Positions 23,827-34,900 of a stretch of DNA of 64,000 nt are shown here, piece by piece; positions within the stretch are counted from its first letter, which is position 1; every line of letters starts with the position of its first letter. The notes below the pieces were generated by a model. That model saw nothing but the letters and a program-made list of their open reading frames with translations. It made no database searches and had not been told where the DNA came from. Made by a program: the position numbers and the translations under genes. Origin of the DNA: Tubiluchus corallicola (Eukaryota > Animalia > Priapulida); assembly GCA_030141605.1 (NCBI GenBank), contig JAQGDQ010000350.1:185489-249488 (forward strand). Direction: 5' to 3'.

Positions 23827-26800
23827 ATGTCTATACAGACTCGTAGTAAAACGGCTAAGATGGAAAAAGCGTTAAAAAGTACATATGAATCAGGAGACGA
23901 ACAACATCTTTCTGATACTGAAACTGAATTTGAGGCAGAAACTTTGGATCAAACTTCATCTGTTGATCCGCTTCCCTCAGATGGTTATCAAGGGGTTAAA
24001 CCTAAGAAGCCTGTTGTTACTGTCACTACTACTGACACGCTAGCTTCGACGACAGCGGCTAAACCTGTAACTACGGGTACGGCTACAATTACTACTACAG
24101 CTATTCCTTTGCTGCCTACTTCGAATCCTGCAGCTGCGATGAAAATCGAACCCCAGCAAGTGGCGGCCAACGCTAGACTTTCTTCTTTTATGCTTATCCG
24201 AGCCAAACAAATTGAACAAATACACAAAGATGAACTAGAAGCCAACACTCTTATCTCAGCTTCTTCTAGTGTTATCTCACGAAACCCCAGTCAATATTTA
24301 CAGCGGGTTAAAACTTGCATAGCCTCACTCAAGGCCAGACTTCAGAAGATAGACCAATTGTCAGAATCGATCTTGCAACTATCGGACCCCCACTCTGTGC
24401 TTGAGCTTACTGCACGCTATACAGATGAAGACATCTTACTGTCTAACCATGTGACTTCTCTGATTGCCCAATTAGACATTAAGACTGACAGTGACTTACG
24501 AACTAGCATCTCACCTCAGTCACCAACTCCATTTCATCAGTCATCATTCAGTTCACCGCATGCTTATAGTAGAATTCCTAAACTTGAGATTAAACCATTT
24601 AACGGAAATATACTTGAATGGCAAACCTTTTGGTCAATGTTTTCTGATGTTGTTGATTCTAATCCTGATCTATCTAAAGTTCAAAAATTTCAGCATTTAA
24701 AATCTAAACTTACAGGTGTTGCTGCTCGCGCAGTCGAGGGTTACATAGTTAATGATTCTAATTATTCTACTGTTATTGATTTATTGAAAGACAGGTTCGG
24801 CTGCCACGAAACGATTATTCAGCGGCATCACAAGGAGTTGACACACCTAGAAAAGTGTGGTGATGGTTTAAAAAATTTACGCAGGTTTTTGGATAAAATC
24901 GAAGTTCATCTCAGATCCATTGAGAGTACAGGTCGCAGCGTTGATAGTTCCTTTGTTGTACCGCTTATAGCCGAGAAACTTCCATATAAGGTGCTTTCGG
25001 CTATTCAAACGACAAAAGACATGACTAAGTCCAAATCGTGGTCAGTGGAAGAGTTACGTAATAGCTTGCGTGACTATGTGATACGACTGGAAGCTTTAGA
25101 AGAACAGCTTCACCGTCAACCTTCCACCCCTTCGTCATGGAAATCGGATCGTCCTAAGCCGGCTAGCACTACTAGAAATGACAGCGTGCTGCAGGCGGTG
25201 GATCGACCAGCTAATGCTGTTAAACGTCCAGGGAATTTCAACAGAGGTAAGCGCTCCTTTTGTACTTACTGCAAAAGTTCTGGACACTTTAATGATGACT
25301 GTGATGTTTATACAACTATTTCTGCTCGAAAATCTTTGCTAGTTAATCGTTGTTTGAAATGTTTAAATGATAGTCATTATTCTTCACAGTGTAAATCATC
25401 AGGATTTTGTGCATACTGCAAAGTTCCTGGTCACCACAGAAGCCTCTGTCCGAAGCGTTACCCTCAGGGCAATGTAGAACACAAGAAGTTATCCCAGCAA
25501 CAATCTTCGAAGAAACCTTTACTGTCTCAGACAGCTTCCGAAAACGCTCTATACTCATCTGAAGAACGTGTTTTTCTGTTGACAGCTTCCTGCGTTCTTG
25601 GCAACCCTTTTTCGGATGCCAAATTACCCACGCGCTGCTGGATGGATACAGGGAGTCAATGTTCTTACATGACAATGCAGTTTGCCCAACAGCTAGGTCT
25701 CAATCTCGGTAAACTTGATCATCTCTACCTTGGCACCTTCGGCACTAATAGTGTGCAAAGAGTACCTTGCTATACTTCCAGAGTGAACATGCTTACCAAA
25801 GACAACAAAACTTTACCGATGGTAGTCCGTGTTGTTGAGACAATCTCTCCCGCCACTCATCGTCTAGTTTTGCCTAATGACATCTCAAATTACCTGAACC
25901 GTACTTATGGGCCATCTTTGGCTGACGACTTCTGTAATACTGACGGCACTTTAACCCGAATTGATTTTCTCCTTGGCAACGACTATTTTTTCGAGATACT
26001 TAAACCATTAAAAATAGAAGTTATACCAGGATTTTATCTCTTTGATTCTCACCTTGGGTATATTCTTGGAGGCAGAATACCCAATTATCAAATCCTTGAA
26101 ACTACACCGCCCCACAAATCCAGTCTTTTGTGCTTTGAACCAGGCGTGAGAACTGATGGTCTAGACGAGCCTCATAATTCTACTAATATTTTTGAAACAG
26201 TTTTTGCTAGCTTTGACCACCAAAATAAAAGCAAACCCATTGATGTTGATGTAGACAGGTTCTGGGAATTGGATACAATTGGCATTTCTGACTGTCCTAC
26301 CAATTCTGGTGATGTGGAAGCGGAGAAAAATTTCAAAAACACTATAGAGTACAGAGAAGGAAGATATTACGTTTCATGGCCTTGGAGAAAGAGACAAGAG
26401 GTGCTACCAGATAATTATGCTCTGTCAATTGGTATGTTAAAATCTTGTTTGCGCAGACTCTCCTCCAAACCAGAGTTGTTGGAGAAGTATCATGGTATTA
26501 TTCAGGAACAACTTGGCAAGGGAATAATCGAACTTGTGACAGATGACACTATCACAGGTAACACATTACATTATCTTCCTCACCACCCAGTGATAACACC
26601 ACAGCGTGCTAGCACAAAGATACGTATTGTGTATAACGCATCAGCTAAAGCTAATAAGGCTAGTCCTTCTCTCAACGAATGTTTATATAGAGGAACTGTA
26701 CTTATGCCTGACCTATGTGGGATTTTATTACGTTTCAGGATGCATCCGTATGCTATTGTTAGTGATATCGAAAAGGCATTTTTGGCGGTAGGTCTTTTAG

Positions 26801-29763
26801 AGCCTGACCGTGATGTTACACGTTTTTTATGGATTAAAAACCCTAGTAATGTGAGTGTCACACCTGATAACCTACAAATTTTTCGTTTCCAGAGGGTCCC
26901 GTTCGGCATTCTTTGTTCACCGCATCTTCTATCAGGGACTGTACGATATCATTTACAAAAAATGGAAAACCAGGTACCTGCTGCTAAATTGATTTTACCA
27001 AATATCTATGTCGATAATGTCATTTTAGGCGTGAATTCCACAGAAGAGGCAACTTCTTTTTACTTTCAAGCAAAACAACTGTTCTCCTCTGCATCGATGA
27101 ACCTTCGTCAATGGGGATCCAACAACAAAGACTTCATCGACTTGGTTCCAAAGGATGACAAAGTTCAATCCACGGAGATCAAAGTACTAGGTTTGAAGTG
27201 GAACACAGAAACGGATACGTTAAGTATTTCTCATAAGCTGCTTCCTAATTTACATAACAGTGTTACTAAACGTGAAATTTTAAAGCAAGTTGCTTGTTAC
27301 TTTGACCCACTTGGACTTTTTAGTGCAATTACCCTTAATGCTAAATTGTTTCTTGCAGAACTTTGGAAACTAAAATATGACTGGGATACTTCTTTGAGTC
27401 CTGAATTGGCTGAACGTTGGTTTGATATAGCTGACCATTTGTGTAATATAGTGTTAATAAATTTTCCTAGATGCATTTGTTTTGATCCTATTAATGTTTT
27501 GCACTTTGAGCTCGCTTGTTTTGCAGACGCTTCAGCAGTTGCTTACAGCGCTGTAATTTATCTTCGCCAGCTACATCATGACGGCACTATTCGCACAGAT
27601 TTGGTCTTCACCAAGACAAGACTGGCTCCAAAGAACACAACAATACCCAGGATGGAGTTGTTGGGAGTTCTAATCTGCGCGAGAGCTGCCAACTTTGTTC
27701 GAGAACAGTTGAAGATAAGTGATGTTATATGCACTATTCTTACTGATTCACAGTGCGTTTTGCACTGGCTTCGCTCAAGTAAACCACTGAGTACATTTGT
27801 TACTAACAGAGTAAGTGAATTACGCAGCTACAATGATATGATTTTTCGCTATATACCGTCTGAAAACAACATTGCAGACTTTGCCACTAAACCAAATTCT
27901 GGTGTTCTTAATGAGACCTGGTTTAATGGTCCTGAATTTTTACTTCACGAAAAATCATTGTGGCCTTCTAGTGATCTTCCACCTGTTAATTCAGACGAGT
28001 TAAAGCAAATCGAGTCAGAAATTAAACTTAATGATTCTTGTACTTTTGCTAAATTTGAATCGTCACTCATGACTGTCGATGCAAATAAGGTAGATCTTAC
28101 CGTGATTCCATTGTCTAACCATTCTTCATTTGTCAGGCTGGTTCGTGTTACATGCCTTGTTCTGAAAGCCATCAGGAAATTTCGTCGTGATCCAGATACG
28201 TCTCATCGCATCACCTCTCGTGATATGGAACACGCCACCTTGATGTGGGTAAGGCATACTCAATCAGCATTTACACCTGAACAAATAAGGAACTTCCAAA
28301 ACCTTGGCCCAATGGTCGATAATGATGGAATAATCAGATGCTGTGGTCGACTTGGTAATCTGGACACCTATGGCTCACGAAAACCTGCGTTGTTACCAAA
28401 GGACCACCCCTTTACTCTGCTTCTGGTAAGACACTACCATGTAACTCATTTGCATGTTGGAGCAGCTCAAACGTTAGCTCTGATACGTAAAAAGTACTGG
28501 ATACCATCAGGACGCACTGCTGTCCGTAGTGTACTTTCTAAATGCACCATATGTCGTAAAGTCGAAGGAGGTCCTTTCCGTTTACCTAAAATGGCCGACC
28601 TACCTTCAACCCGTTTGTTTGAAAGTCGGTGTTTTCAATACACTGGACTAGATTATATGGGACCAGTGATCACAAAAGAATTTTATGGCGGCAGTTCTAA
28701 GCCAATTTATGAAAAAGCTTGGATTTGTTTGTTCACCTGCCTTACAACCAGAGCAGTACATCTAGAATTAGTAAATAATCTAACAGCTGAACATTTTCTT
28801 ATGTGTTTGCGCCGTTTTTTTGGTAGACGTGGATTGCCAGATATTATAATTTCGGATAATTTCTCGTCCTTCAAACTTGCCAAGCAAACGGTTACATACA
28901 TTTTTGAAAATGCAATTCTAGATTTTTCAGCTTGCAAGGGTGTAGAGTGGAAATTCATCACACAGTTATCACCATGGACTGGCGGATTTTTCGAACGGTT
29001 AGTTGCTTTGGTGAAGCGTTCTTTGAGAAAGGTAATCGGTAATCATCCTCTTTCACATGTACATCTCAATACTTTGCTTATTGAAATAGAAAATGTTATC
29101 AATAATAGGCCTCTTACTTATATTGATGCTGACATAAATTCTACTCATGCTCTAACTCCTTCAGATTTTCTTAATCAGCAGATCTTGCACACTATGCCTG
29201 AGATGCACTACAGTGATCCAGACTTTACAGTTGGTAAAGAAACCTCAGCACAGAAGTTACTTGCCTTATGGAAGAAAGGTCAACGGATCCTTAGCAATTT
29301 CTGGGCAATCTGGAAAGATGAGTATCTTCTCAGTCTTAGAGAACAGCATCGCAAATATATTTCTCAACCTAAGGTAACCGTTCCGTTTACTCCTTGTATA
29401 GGGGATGTAGTACTGGTAGAAGACCAAAACCTTCCACGAGGACAGTGGCGCCTTGGCAAAGTTCTTAAATTGAAGCCTAGTGCAGATGGCTTAATTCGTA
29501 ATGTTGAAATTCTTGTTAATGGTTCCACTTTGAACAGAAATATTAAATGTCTGTACCCCCTTGAATGTCATTTTCATAACTCATCTCATACGACTTTGAC
29601 AGACGTTTCGACTGAACACGTGTCTTGTCTTAACAAGAATGATGATGCTGCTTCCATTTCAGATGCGGATTCTTCACCTCTACCTGTCAGCGAACGTCCA
29701 AAGAGAAGCCGCCAAAAAGGCAAGAAAATGGCTAACAGATGTCAGCACCGACTTATTATCTAG
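23827..29763 (+). CDS. BEL/Pao Gag-Pol polyprotein (1978 aa)
   Basis: Gag IPKLEIKPFNGNILEWQTFW; three CCHC knuckles; protease MDTGS; RT YVDNV; RNase H FADAS; integrase H-H-C-C, GLDYMGP, ISDN, FFERLV. Confidence 0.95.
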   Translation: MSIQTRSKTAKMEKALKSTYESGDEQHLSDTETEFEAETLDQTSSVDPLPSDGYQGVKPKKPVVTVTTTDTLASTTAAKPVTTGTATITTTAIPLLPTSNPAAAMKIEPQQVAANARLSSFMLIRAKQIEQIHKDELEANTLISASSSVISRNPSQYLQRVKTCIASLKARLQKIDQLSESILQLSDPHSVLELTARYTDEDILLSNHVTSLIAQLDIKTDSDLRTSISPQSPTPFHQSSFSSPHAYSRIPKLEIKPFNGNILEWQTFWSMFSDVVDSNPDLSKVQKFQHLKSKLTGVAARAVEGYIVNDSNYSTVIDLLKDRFGCHETIIQRHHKELTHLEKCGDGLKNLRRFLDKIEVHLRSIESTGRSVDSSFVVPLIAEKLPYKVLSAIQTTKDMTKSKSWSVEELRNSLRDYVIRLEALEEQLHRQPSTPSSWKSDRPKPASTTRNDSVLQAVDRPANAVKRPGNFNRGKRSFCTYCKSSGHFNDDCDVYTTISARKSLLVNRCLKCLNDSHYSSQCKSSGFCAYCKVPGHHRSLCPKRYPQGNVEHKKLSQQQSSKKPLLSQTASENALYSSEERVFLLTASCVLGNPFSDAKLPTRCWMDTGSQCSYMTMQFAQQLGLNLGKLDHLYLGTFGTNSVQRVPCYTSRVNMLTKDNKTLPMVVRVVETISPATHRLVLPNDISNYLNRTYGPSLADDFCNTDGTLTRIDFLLGNDYFFEILKPLKIEVIPGFYLFDSHLGYILGGRIPNYQILETTPPHKSSLLCFEPGVRTDGLDEPHNSTNIFETVFASFDHQNKSKPIDVDVDRFWELDTIGISDCPTNSGDVEAEKNFKNTIEYREGRYYVSWPWRKRQEVLPDNYALSIGMLKSCLRRLSSKPELLEKYHGIIQEQLGKGIIELVTDDTITGNTLHYLPHHPVITPQRASTKIRIVYNASAKANKASPSLNECLYRGTVLMPDLCGILLRFRMHPYAIVSDIEKAFLAVGLLEPDRDVTRFLWIKNPSNVSVTPDNLQIFRFQRVPFGILCSPHLLSGTVRYHLQKMENQVPAAKLILPNIYVDNVILGVNSTEEATSFYFQAKQLFSSASMNLRQWGSNNKDFIDLVPKDDKVQSTEIKVLGLKWNTETDTLSISHKLLPNLHNSVTKREILKQVACYFDPLGLFSAITLNAKLFLAELWKLKYDWDTSLSPELAERWFDIADHLCNIVLINFPRCICFDPINVLHFELACFADASAVAYSAVIYLRQLHHDGTIRTDLVFTKTRLAPKNTTIPRMELLGVLICARAANFVREQLKISDVICTILTDSQCVLHWLRSSKPLSTFVTNRVSELRSYNDMIFRYIPSENNIADFATKPNSGVLNETWFNGPEFLLHEKSLWPSSDLPPVNSDELKQIESEIKLNDSCTFAKFESSLMTVDANKVDLTVIPLSNHSSFVRLVRVTCLVLKAIRKFRRDPDTSHRITSRDMEHATLMWVRHTQSAFTPEQIRNFQNLGPMVDNDGIIRCCGRLGNLDTYGSRKPALLPKDHPFTLLLVRHYHVTHLHVGAAQTLALIRKKYWIPSGRTAVRSVLSKCTICRKVEGGPFRLPKMADLPSTRLFESRCFQYTGLDYMGPVITKEFYGGSSKPIYEKAWICLFTCLTTRAVHLELVNNLTAEHFLMCLRRFFGRRGLPDIIISDNFSSFKLAKQTVTYIFENAILDFSACKGVEWKFITQLSPWTGGFFERLVALVKRSLRKVIGNHPLSHVHLNTLLIEIENVINNRPLTYIDADINSTHALTPSDFLNQQILHTMPEMHYSDPDFTVGKETSAQKLLALWKKGQRILSNFWAIWKDEYLLSLREQHRKYISQPKVTVPFTPCIGDVVLVEDQNLPRGQWRLGKVLKLKPSADGLIRNVEILVNGSTLNRNIKCLYPLECHFHNSSHTTLTDVSTEHVSCLNKNDDAASISDADSSPLPVSERPKRSRQKGKKMANRCQHRLII

Positions 29764-30405
29764 TGATTAGTGAATAGTAGTAGTGACAGACTTTGAACTC
29801 TCGTTTGTTGATTCAGTACGTCATGGATATGATGATGCAGTTGGTTTCCTGATTGGTTCAGGGCCCGTTCCAATTATGGTTACTAGTTGCGGTTATGATG
29901 GTTATGGTTATGTCAGTCACAGGTTATGGCAATGGTTACACTGCTATGCAGCTGATGGATGGAGTTCATGCCACACTACGTTTGCTATATGGAGTCTAAG
30001 ACAATATTAGCTATTATAAATTGTCCTGTCTTCATTTGTAAATATTGTAAAATACTTAGATTGCATAAAAAATCACCCCCAAAAACAATATAAAACACAA
30101 AACTAAATAGATAGTGTTCTTGCATTGTAACCATGTATAATCACAGATAGCCTGTGCTAGTTTATATAATTTTTGATATTTATTTGGATGTGCCTTTAAG
30201 GTACTTATTTTGATTTTTCTCACCCATATATTTTGACACATAACTTACGCATGTATTTGATACAGTATTTGAGATAGATGGTAGGTTTTTGCAGGTTTCT
30301 CTGTGATCGTTATTTAGTTGTCTAGCATTTTACTACCTGATAGGATTGAGCAAGTTGTTTATTACTTGAACTTTGAACTTAAAATTTTTGTTTTCGTTTC
30401 CAGAG

Positions 30406-31012
30406 TGTCACGGATTCCCGTGATTGAATTCTACTCTACAGCATTGTAAACTAGTTTATTCCGGTTCTATAACCTTTGCAAATTTATCTAGAGTGATTCA
30501 ATTAGGTTAACCTTGAGTTATTCATACGGGCTTCATTCCGAAGCTATAAATTCCTTCGTCACCATTGTACAGGTGAGCATTTGACGGTTGCTTTTCCTAC
30601 AAGCAGACGTCAAATGGTCCGCCTAATTCGTTAGGTGAATTTTTTCCCCCTTTCTTTAATAGTTTTTTTTTGGTTATGTGCTGATGTGTATCTATAATTA
30701 GGTTTACTGCTGTTATAAGAAGTAACTATGTAATTGCGACAAATCTTGTGAATTGAATAAACTTTATTTGGGTGGCCACTCCTTTTTAAACCAATGGTTA
30801 TGCGGTTTTTGTTAAGAGTTAAAATTTAGTCTAAATTATGTTTCAGTAACAGCAAATCATTCTAATTATCAACTCGTAGACTTAAGCGTTATGCACCTTT
30901 CTCTATAAAAAAAAATACACTAGATTATATACACTTCCACGTAATTGTTTAATTAAGAACCAGGCCGACGTCTCTCCCACAAAACTTTATGAAAAAATGA
31001 GCATTTTTCACA
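30406..31012 (+). repeat. 3' LTR of the BEL/Pao element
   Basis: Near-identical direct repeat of 21180-21784. Confidence 0.9.
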
Positions 31013-31958
31013 GATGCCTCTTAGTGTGACAAAATTAACAACAGCATAGTTGTAGGAGTGAAAGAAAAAAAAGGAAAATATTCCTGGCACTAATTCTGTC
31101 ACAGTTACACATCTCATTAGGCCAGTCAATGTTTGCAAAAAAATCACGCAACTGAGGTAGTGAAGCTTTGCGATAGTCTCTCCATGATCTAATATTTTCA
31201 TACGAATAAGAAAAATCAACTGAAAATTTGAGGCTAGTATCATGGTCACTAGTTGAAAAACCAGGGTTAGCAATGCAAAAGTTGATTTTTCAAGATAATT
31301 GGATAGTAGAAATTCTAAAAAATTCTTATCATGGGTAGAGAAGTTAACATGCCGGGTCAACAAATTTTGATTAATGAGTTTAATGTTCGATTTGTAGTTC
31401 CGCACAGTATTGTTAAAGCCGAGCTTTGATCGACCTAGCGATACGACGCAACCCGGCAACTTGCTGGAACTGGCGGCATATCACACACAGCCAGTTCTGA
31501 GTTTATCAAGTCGACATAAGCAAGCTTACGATGCAACTGGAACATTAGTTCCAATGAGTTGCTCATGATATCTACCCAGTTTTACACAATTGCAACAATC
31601 TGAGCATTGCTTGAAACTCGATGCAACTCTGTGGTAGGATTCCACCATTCACCATTTTTTTCTAGTACATCTGACATCACAAGTGCTGAATTTGGTTGGT
31701 CACTTATAAGGGATGAACTTTGGACTGACTTGCTTACTGGAAAATATGGTGGTGTAAGGTGTCTACCTTATAAACTGAAGGTCCTCGGTTCAAATGCAGA
31801 CTGTATTCCGACTTTTTCACACTTCCTGTCTTTCAAGTTTTGTATCAAAATTTAATTAATTGTGGGTTTGTACCACCATTTTGTAAAATTAACTTTAATT
31901 TACAGATAGAGTAGATTGTATTGAATCTTTGAAGCTTCACAAGATATTCTGAGTAATC

Positions 31959-34900
31959 ATGCCTAGTGAGACGGATTGCAAGTTGTTCAAAGAGAGAGCT
32001 GAACTTGCTGCAGTTATGATTGAGCATCTCAAAAAAGATATAGAACGTTTGAAAGAAACTGCAGGTAAACTTATCCGTGTGACAAGTTAGCGGAAATTGG
32101 CTCTTTATAATAGCATTTTATATTGCTGAAAGATTTTAAAAAATGAGATTGAATGTTTCATTTCATTTAAGGAAATGGCTATAACACCTGTACTGGTTTA
32201 TGTTTTATTTTTACATAATTATACCAGTTACTCAAGTAATTGATGATTTATTTCAAGTTTAATCTTTGCCATTGTGCTTTTATTCAAAATGTTACTATTT
32301 TATGAACATATTTATTTTCCATCACTTTTGATATACAGAACAAAACTGATTAACATACCTTAAGAACTGGCAAATACTTTAATACAAAGTTGAGACATTT
32401 ATAAGTGAATATCTATATTTTTACAGTGATAGTGCATTAAGTACAATGTAATGGTGCAAAATGTTAAATTAATGTTTACTTTACCAGCTTGAAGCTTTTA
32501 TAAATTCCTGCGTTATATCAAAAATAGTTTTATTTTGGTCAAGACTGTAATGTAAGTTGTCATGTAATATAGTATGGTTTTTAGTTCATTAATATTTCAT
32601 TCATTAATGTTTAATTCATTAATATTAACTGGGACAAAGTTTGAGTTATAGAGGTTAAACAAACTTAATGTTATTTTCAAGTCTCAGTTTAATCTAAGTC
32701 CCTAAAGAATAATTTATAACTATGAAAGGCCCCGCAAAAAATTTTGTGTATAAATGCACTTATAATCATTAATACGCGAACATCCTACACAGTCCTCATT
32801 TATAACGCAAAGCCAGTAGCAGCTTTTACTGAATTAAAGTTATAGGCAGAGTATAATGGATGACGTCAGAACAATGGCTTTGCGTCAGCAGTTTTCCAAG
32901 CGAAAATTGCGGAAAATAGAACATATAATTAACTCGCCAGTACTCCTCTTGGTGGACGTCTACTAATATATAGCCCACATCATCGTGTAGCCCTGTTCTT
33001 CCTCTTTCTAAAGAGCCATATATCTCCTTCTGAGAGTCCCACCAGAATGTTTTTTCTGCAGGCTGTTTGACCAAATTTTGAAAAAATCGTGTTGGGTCCG
33101 GGAAAACGTCCGTTGCGGGACGCCATGGCCCTCTCGCAAATTCTAAATACGCCTATGACATCCACCGCTGAACGGGCTGTCTATCCATGGCTGGCACCGC
33201 CCCCGGCCCATTCCTGTTCTTCAGATCTCAGATGTATTTCCAAAAAACGGCCGAAAAATGGCCATAGTAAACAAACACTAGGTAGGATGTTTGCATATTT
33301 TTGATTATACGTGGATTTTTACGCAAAATTCTTTGCGGGGCCTTTGCTAGTATATACTTAAATATATTAATCCCATACCAGTAGAATTAATAGATACGAT
33401 CCTGAGGTGTTTTGATTTCATGGCATTCTCAAGGCATTATTGAACATTGCAAAGTGTACCTTATCGAAGAATTATGTGATAAACAGAAATTTTTAACAAT
33501 TTCAGCTGCTGGTAAAGTAGAAGATGAACGAGCAAAGTTGGAAGCTGAGAACAAAGCTTTAAGATTTGCCATTGAGCAAACGAGACAAGCTATACGACGT
33601 GCACAATATAGAAATGGTGGTAAAGCAAATTTTTCGTAACACTTTGCTGCAAGAACTTTCACAATTCGTCAATTCCTTCAAAAATTTTGCACTGTACTCT
33701 AAGCACGTGCAAGCCTGCGTGCATTAGTGCTAGAAAAAGTCAACACTTTTACTAGAATCCAGTAGCTTTTGACCTGTTGCCAGTTTTTAAAAATTTTGCA
33801 CTGTACTTTCAAGTTTGCTAAGCACGCGCAAGCCTGTGTGCATTAGTGCTAGAAAAAGTCAACACTTTTACTAGAATCCAGTAACTTGTGAGGCCTGTTA
33901 CCAGTTTTTAAAAATTTTGTGCAGTTAGCTTCTAGCTTTTCACAGAGCTTTTAAGCATGTTATTAAGTATATCACATATCTCTGCCTAACTCTGCTTATG
34001 GCATGGCTGTCTTGTAGATATGTGTATAAAAAAAATTTTGGCAACCAAAAACTGTAAATAAATAGCTTATCTAACATGTCTCTAGTATATAACTCCTAAT
34101 CAAATAGAAGTTTATTATCCAGTGCACAGACTGTATCATTTCAGCCATGGGTGAGCCCAAGCGTGAAATGATCCTGATTTTAAAGTGATTTCAAATAAAG
34201 CGCTTATCAAACTTTTATTACTAAATCCTTCTAACATTTTTCGTCAACATTCAGTTAAGCCTGACTTCCCAGAATGGTTGACCTTTCCTTTACGTGTTGC
34301 AGCTGACAAAAACTACAAAAGTTGTGGTAATTCGTGATGTTATAGTAGAAGCTGAATTTCAAGTTTTTTCAGTAACATGCGCTATCAATCTTATACGTAA
34401 CTGTGCCATTAACAAACAGAAGTCAGAAATCGCAACTGATATAAAATGGTGTTAGCCTAGAGAAGTGATTTGGTGGCTATGTTCTGTTCTTTGTTGCAAA
34501 ATTAAGCATCCTGGTTGGTAAATGATAGATGACTAGGATGAGGATTGCTTCTTGGTAGTTTCAGTGCTCCTGATATTTACCCTGTTGAGAAAAAAATGCT
34601 TGCATCCATCCATCTACATTGAATAAATCCTGTCATTGCTTAATTTGTGCTTGTAGAATGTCAAACCTTATATAAAATATCAATAATGAGAAAACTAAGA
34701 GCAACAACTCTGCTTTTTGACACTAAAATAAATTTTTTCGTAAAAGAAAGATTATTTCAAATGATTTTGTTAACAACTGTTTATACTTGCATTACTTTTT
34801 CAGTAATGCCTGTACCTATCCAGCATCCAACTACCAAAGCATCATTTCCCACAGCTGCCGAGAACCTGCTGTCGAAAGAAAAGGAAGAGCCCCTGCCGTC

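Larger units (their letters stand above)
21180..31012 (+). mobile_element. BEL/Pao LTR retrotransposon, full length
   Basis: Two TG...CA LTRs of about 605 bp with only a handful of differences, a PBS-like TGG directly after the 5' LTR, and a single gag-pol ORF in BEL domain order. Confidence 0.95.

Noticed and set aside
29783-30400. Possible env-like second ORF in the BEL element
   Set aside because: Only 75 codons, no ATG start, and no signal peptide, fusion or transmembrane pattern.
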